From Eledone cirrhosa (Eukaryota), in NCBI GenBank assembly GCA_964016885.1, contig OZ024741.1, positions 138,384,001 through 138,448,000 on the forward strand: a DNA stretch of 64,000 nucleotides. Direction: 5' to 3'. The translations under genes and the position numbers were made by a program. Numbering within the stretch: position 1 is the stretch's first letter; every line of letters starts with the position of its first letter. Below the pieces are notes generated by a model. It searched no databases, was not told where the DNA came from, and saw nothing but the letters and a program-made list of their open reading frames with translations. Positions 58,177 to 64,000 of the stretch are shown here, piece after piece.

Positions 58177-58223
58177 TTTAGAAGCGTATGCTGAATTAGT
58201 TGCTCAACTGTATAGGAGATTAA

Positions 58224-60191
58224 TAAAATTTCAGGTTATCAATAATGTAGTGATAATATATCGTTACGTTAGAGATGAACAGCGTACGTGCAGGTTTGCT
58301 CAACGAGTATAAATTATATTCCGGAGAAATGTAGAAAGGATGAATATAAAATGAAAGTGCTTTTGTTAAAAAAGGAATTTATTAGGTATTGACATATGTT
58401 TCTGTAACAGACCGAATACCTATGTATCGCTGCTTGCGTAATCATATAATGTTAGCAAGTATTCGATAGCAAATGTATAATCAGTTGTCACTTCTTCAGA
58501 GATTTTGGATAAACTGGATAAAATCAGAAACATTGAAGTATTTATATTAGTAAAAGAGGAAGGAACAGAGGGGATAGAATATGACAGATGGTAAAAAATT
58601 TACTGCTAAACAAGTATATAATGGGTTTTTAATGAGAATACCATGAGTAAATCTAAATAAGAATTTTGGGGGTGCCGATTTTAATCTCTACTTGACCAAC
58701 TGGACAGTGGACAGGGCTGGTCATTTGGTGCAGTAGTATTAATCATAAAGTGTCAATTGGGGAAGGGGGAGATTTCGATTGCTACTAAATAACATCAATG
58801 CTAGTAGTCAGCTGGTATTTGCACTAGGGAATTGAATCAAAAAATCAGAAATCTCATTTTATCTATAGCAGTTTGTATTAAAAGGTAAATAATAGAAGAG
58901 TTGATAGAATTAAGACTAATAAAGAATGTTCAATCTATTTTGACAATCAAACGGGGATGGAGACAGGCGTTCAATCCTGGTAGTATTTATAATATGAACA
59001 TGTAGATTTTAAGCGATGGTTACAGTATAACGATCGCTCTATTCTGTTATTTAATAAAATGTTTTTGGATTTCATAATACAAAATAATTCTACATTACAT
59101 AATCTACAAAATTCCTGTCCATTGGATTATGGGGGAGCAGTCGCTATTATATCCCATTTTAGGTGAAATTGTTGGTTATTTTCACGCAGCTGCCAAGCCT
59201 TGTCTGCGAGTGTTGTTACATAACGCTGGTTTTCATGTTTTATCGAATAACGATGTCTATAAAGGCGTGATTTAAAGGAGGTGGCTGTAGATCCCACATA
59301 GTACCACTTCTGTCTATCCGATTCGATAGTACATTTGTATACGATGTTGCGTTCAAGACACTGGTTGTTCAACGGACACATTCCTGGTTGGACACAGTTG
59401 CAATTACAATTTTGCGTTGTTGTATTGCCATGGATGGGTTGATGAGGTTGCTTATGTAGGACAGGATGTTGTTTGTTGTTTTGTGATGTTATAGCTAATG
59501 TTTTACGTGTATTGTTATGTGTTGGAAGGCGTTTATACAACCGTTTTGCGTTAAGCATTTTTATATGTTGTTCAATATTAGGGGCGGTTGAATATGAAAG
59601 TCGGATGGTGTTAGGGTTTAAGATTTTATTATATTTATGTGATGTTGGAAAGTGTTTTCTAACTAATCGAAAGAATTTTGAGGGTAGATTGGTTTTAATA
59701 GATTTGTTATAGACCGGGTTGTACCAGATATACTCCTTACATCGCCTTCTGTTTGGTGGTGTGCGACTATTATTGTGTCTATTGCGGTAGTGTATGTATG
59801 GTGGTGATTCTGTGCTATTTCTACTCCTATGTGATTTATTTTGGGTGCTTTGGTGATCATTGACTATATACTCTATATTATCTAGGTGACCGGCTTTCCT
59901 AAGTGCATCATCATAATACTCGGCATGTTCTTTGAAGGTTTGTTGGTTGGACGATAGGCGGGAGATTCTAAGAGAAACATTTCTAGGGATGGATTTAATT
60001 ATAGAGAGTGGATGGTTAGAACTCGTATTTACATATTTAAGGTTCTCATTTAGTTTATGGAACGGTTTAATCGTATCTGTATTGAGATTGAAAGTAACAT
60101 CAAGGAAATTGACCTCTTTGAGGTTATATTCAAATGTAATATTTAATCCTAGTTCTTTAAAAAGTTTTCTGATATTTTTACGCATCCTTTC
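58224..60191 (-). mobile_element. Naiad-type PLE, tandem copy 3 (5'-truncated within RT)
   Basis: ORF 59127-60185, with TAT>TAA at 59127. Confidence 0.95.
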
Positions 60192-60468
60192 TTGTTAGCA
60201 GTAAATTATTTTACCATCTGTCATATTCTATCCCCTCTGTTCCTTCCTCTTTTACTAATATAAATACTTCAATTTTTCTGATTTTATCCAGTTTATCCAA
60301 AATCTCTGAAGAAGTGACAACTGATTATACATTTGCTATCGAATACTTGCTAACATTATATGATTACGCAAGCAGCGATACATAGGTATTCGGTCTGTTA
60401 CAGAAACATATGTCAATACCTAATAAATTCCTTTTTTAACAAAAGCACTTTCATTTTATATTCATCCT

Positions 60469-60472
<4 letters not shown>
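60191..60472 (+). mobile_element. Inverted pLTR segment capping the array
   Basis: Reverse complement of ~51939-52223; CT microhomology at the junction; followed by (TA)n. Confidence 0.95.
60306..60422 (+). ncRNA. Atypical HHR-like motif with a long stem II (also at 51990-52106, 55091-55207 and 58383-58499, minus strand)
   Basis: CTGAAGA a GTGACA..(~75 nt)..TGTTAC a GAAA CATATG TC AATACCTA; palindromic stem III and a GUC site, but no canonical stem I. Confidence 0.5.
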
Positions 60473-60519
<47 letters not shown>

Positions 60520-60520
60520 C

Positions 60521-60589
<69 letters not shown>

Positions 60590-60639
60590 CATATACATAT
60601 GCATACACATACACACACACATACATGTGTGTATGTGTA

Positions 60640-61711
60640 AAACTCAGTCTTAGATAATTCATATGAACCTTACATATACGTATATATAGTAGTAAAGTAA
60701 TAAAGCAAGATAAGGCAATTATTCCATTCACCAGTGGTTTCTTAAAAGCAAAAAATGTTTCCTTCAATCTTCAGAATGAAAAAAACCTGGTTTATCCACA
60801 TATACATACATATACACACACAAATATATACATATATATACACACATACACATACACACACATACATATATACATATACATACATATATACATATATATA
60901 TGTATACACACAAACATACACACACACATAGGTATGTGAAGGGCAAGGAAAAAAGGATATATGGGGGGGGGGCATAAGAAAAGTTAAAATATAAGGGGAG
61001 GTAAGGGAGAAAAAAAAAGTAAATATATAAGAGTACAGAACGTAGAATCAACAAAATAAAAACCGTAGCAGAAGTAAAGAGCAGAAAAGGAGTTCAAGGC
61101 GGTTGATTTATCATAGGAGTGTCAATCCAGTTACAGATCAGATGCGATTTCAGATGAGGACAGCATCTGAAGATCTCAGTCTTTGAGTTAAGGCAAGCGG
61201 AAGTGGCTCTCAAGTTTAGCAAAATCCTATACTTTTCTGTGGTACACAAAGAACAATTCTTTGTGCCCCTTTGGTACTCCCTCGAATGTTCTAATATAGA
61301 CCAATCAATACAGTACGGGATGTTACTATCCTTGAGTTCCCACACCTTACTTGCGAGGGCCGTTGATGTTCGTTTATCGGAGTGCTTAAAAGAAGCGACA
61401 TGTGAGTAAAATCTGGTTTTAAACATGTCCTGGGTCATACCGACATATCGCTCACTCCTGGCTGGCTGGTTGTTGATTGCTGGTGTTATCTTAGCCTCAT
61501 AAACGACAGATTTGGTGTTACATTTACCCTGCAATGGGCATTCATCCGGCTTCCTGCAACTGCATCCTGGATTTATTCTCGTACGGTTTGAACTGGTGAT
61601 TTTGTACTTCATAGATGGGCAACAAGAGTAGTTGATCTTAACTACGTTCCTATTAAATATTTTATAATATCTATGATTAGGAGGAAAATGTTTGTCTAAT
61701 AGTTCAAGGAA
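60640..61711 (-). mobile_element. Second Naiad-type PLE family, 3' fragment (Zn linker, GIY-YIG, 3' UTR)
   Basis: LDKHFPPNHRYYKIFN..INYSC; CSC....CPLQGKC..VVYEA..YVGMT..FKTRFYSH; CSLC..EKY; HHR motif with a GUG site at 60722-60781. Confidence 0.92.
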
Positions 61712-61924
61712 TATATGTGTGTGTATGGCTATGTTTGTGTATGTGTATGCTTGTACACACATGTATATATATGTATGCGTATATGTGTATATATATATGT
61801 ATACATGTGTGTGTATATGTGTGTGTGTGTATGTGTCTGTGTATGTATGAATGTATGTATGTGTATATGTGTATGTATGTGTATGTGTATATAAGTGTAT
61901 GTTTTATATATATGTGTATGTGTA

Positions 61925-61973
<49 letters not shown>

Positions 61974-62202
61974 ATGTATGCTTTTGTGTTTGTGTGCGTG
62001 TTTGCATGTGTAGTTTTATTTTATTTTTCCTTTCCTTCTTCCTTCTCCAGCCTCACTTTTATATAGATTGAATTTTTTTTTTTTAAAATCCAAATTCAAT
62101 AAACAAACCAGGATTTTTTCATTCTGAGGATTGAAAACAAAACCTTTTGCTTTTAAGAAACCACTGGTAAATGGAATAATTGCCTTATGTTGTTTATTAC
62201 AT

Positions 62203-62208
<6 letters not shown>
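61712..62208 (+). mobile_element. Inverted family A pLTR
   Basis: Reverse complement of 50893-51378. Confidence 0.85.
62117..62176 (+). ncRNA. Canonical type I hammerhead ribozyme, GUA site
   Basis: TTTCATT CTGAGGA TTGAAAACAAAA cc TTTTGCTTTTAA GAAA CC act GG TA AATGGAA; 7-bp stem I. Confidence 0.8.
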
Positions 62209-62269
<61 letters not shown>

Positions 62270-62275
<6 letters not shown>

Positions 62276-64000
62276 TAACAGATTAAAGTTTAAACAAAGA
62301 ATCGCTGCTTTCACCCTTAACAGGATCTTCCGAAACAAAAGAAGTCAATCTGTGAACGCAGAAGTAAATATTTCATAAAACATTGCAACCGAAGCAAGGC
62401 AGGAAGACGATATTTTGGTTCGTAGAAACGTACCAAGATAATACGTCATTATTTGCTGAAGTGAAAACAATTACACGCGAAGACAAAACCACGTTGATGG
62501 TATAAATGAAGACGTAGACTAAAATTCTATTTAGGAAACCGAATGATTCTCGGCTTCAGAGTAAAGAATAAAGTAAATAAAATACAGAGGTAATTGAAAT
62601 TAAATATATACATACACACATCCATATACATACATACACAAGCATACGCGAAAACACTCCCCATGGGTATACAAATACGATCACGTACTAAAAAAAAAAA
62701 AAAAAAAAAAAACACACACACACACGCACATACAGAACCCACGCAACGCCTGTACCGCACACATACGAACCTATACACCAAATACATATAAAAATGAATA
62801 AATATAAACATATATACACATGTGTGTGCGTGTGTGTGCGTGTGTGTGCGTGTATACATAGTTAAATAAACATATATAAATATACACACATAAATACGTA
62901 TACAACGTATACTCTGTATAAGCTACCTTATCGACAAATCCACTCCGAGCAAGAGCTTCATTGTAATATGTGGAATGGTCGTTGAAAATATGCTCGTTTG
63001 TAGATAGACGGGAAAGCCTCAAAGAAACGTTTCTTACCAGGTTCTTGGTTATGCTGGCATGATAGTTAGAATGCTTACTTATGTAATTAAGCGTATCATT
63101 CTGCTTTCTATACGGGTAGTGCAAACCATATAGTACGAGAATAGACCTAGGAAAAATAGATCCGACGCATTATATGGTATAACCCACCATATAATATGGA
63201 GGTGGCCACACCTTTAGCTAAGATCTGTCTCTCCCTTATTATGAAGCATTTCCCTCCAGCATATAAATATAGTAACATTTTAATAGAAATACCATTAAAA
63301 TGTCTTACTCTACGACTCCTAACCTTGCACATAATATCACAGCTTCAAATTTAGCTAAATTACCTAGCCGAAGGAACACGTGCAACCCTGTAGCTCGTAG
63401 TAACTGTAATTGTAGGAATCGGGTTGACTGCCCCCCGTCCGGGAAATGCCTCTCTAGTAACATTGTCTACAAATGTAAGGATAAAACACCCACGTCCCGT
63501 AGGGCCTACATAGAGTTAACTGCCAATAGATTCAAGCAGCGTATTTACATGCATAGCCATTCTTTTCTTAACGCTTTAAGAAGGAATATGACGTCACTTT
63601 CAGCTTATATCTGGGTCTAAAAGACAACCACACCCAATATAAGTTACACTGGCACATCCCAGCCAGGGCTAGATCGTATAACGGAAATAAAAGACCATGT
63701 GACCTCAGTGCCGCTGAGGCCCTCGAAATACTCTACGCCAACGACCACATCTTAAACAAAAAATCTGAGGCAATTTCGGCTTGTAAACATAAATTGCACC
63801 AGACTTTCCTGTATTACAGCCCCACATTATACCCTAACGGATAGTACGAACTATACGCGGATATTTTACGTCTTGATGTGGTAGCTAAGTATATGTTATA
63901 TTAATACCATTACTTATTCGCATAGGTAAGTATATATTACCTGTATGTTTTGTGAAGGTACGTATATTTTCTCTACGTATATTTGATTGTATATGTTATT
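62270..64000 (+). mobile_element. Third Naiad-type PLE family: 3' part on +, preceded by an inverted RT-thumb piece and an inverted family C pLTR
   Basis: 63130-63830 (+): IWYNPPYN..KHFPP, SYSTTPN, CNC....CP..GKCLSSNIVYKC..YI..T..FKQRIYMH. 62915-63124 (-): PYRK..LNYISKHSN..YYNEAL..SG. 62270-62900 (-): pLTR. Runs off the window end. Confidence 0.88.

Larger units (their letters stand above)
54932..58223 (-). mobile_element. Naiad-type PLE, tandem copy 2 (full unit plus SINE insertion)
   Basis: Head-to-tail junctions TAGGAGATTAA|TAAAATTTCAGG at ~54932 and ~58224. Confidence 0.95.

Overview
AT-rich, microsatellite-dense eukaryotic DNA. The SINE and repeat landscape suggests a mollusc, probably an octopus-like cephalopod (inference). 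I can support no host protein-coding gene; most ORFs in the track are artefacts of (TA)n/(TG)n tracts. The window is dominated by Penelope-like retroelements (PLEs; RT plus C-terminal GIY-YIG). These include a young head-to-tail array of 2.6 copies of a Naiad-type element with an inverted 5' segment (51.8-60.5 kb), two further Naiad-type fragments, and two decayed copies of a second lineage (Neptune-like by motif). Many short pseudo-LTR (pLTR) remnants form hairpins inside (TA)n tracts. Read by eye, these 3' UTR/pLTR segments repeatedly carry type I hammerhead ribozyme (HHR) motifs, several with non-standard cores. The best novelty candidate is a non-coding tandem ~310-nt repeat at 18.56-19.38 kb with an HHR bearing a compensatory U3:A8 core pair (retrozyme-like). 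A second recurring signal is that fold-back junctions of short remnants fall within or next to the HHR. Also present: tRNA-derived SINEs, CR1, Tx1 and RTE LINE fragments, Helitron pieces, a long-TIR element with a nested MITE, and a mariner scrambled by a 0.9-kb inverted duplication. All RNA folds were derived by hand and none has been tested.
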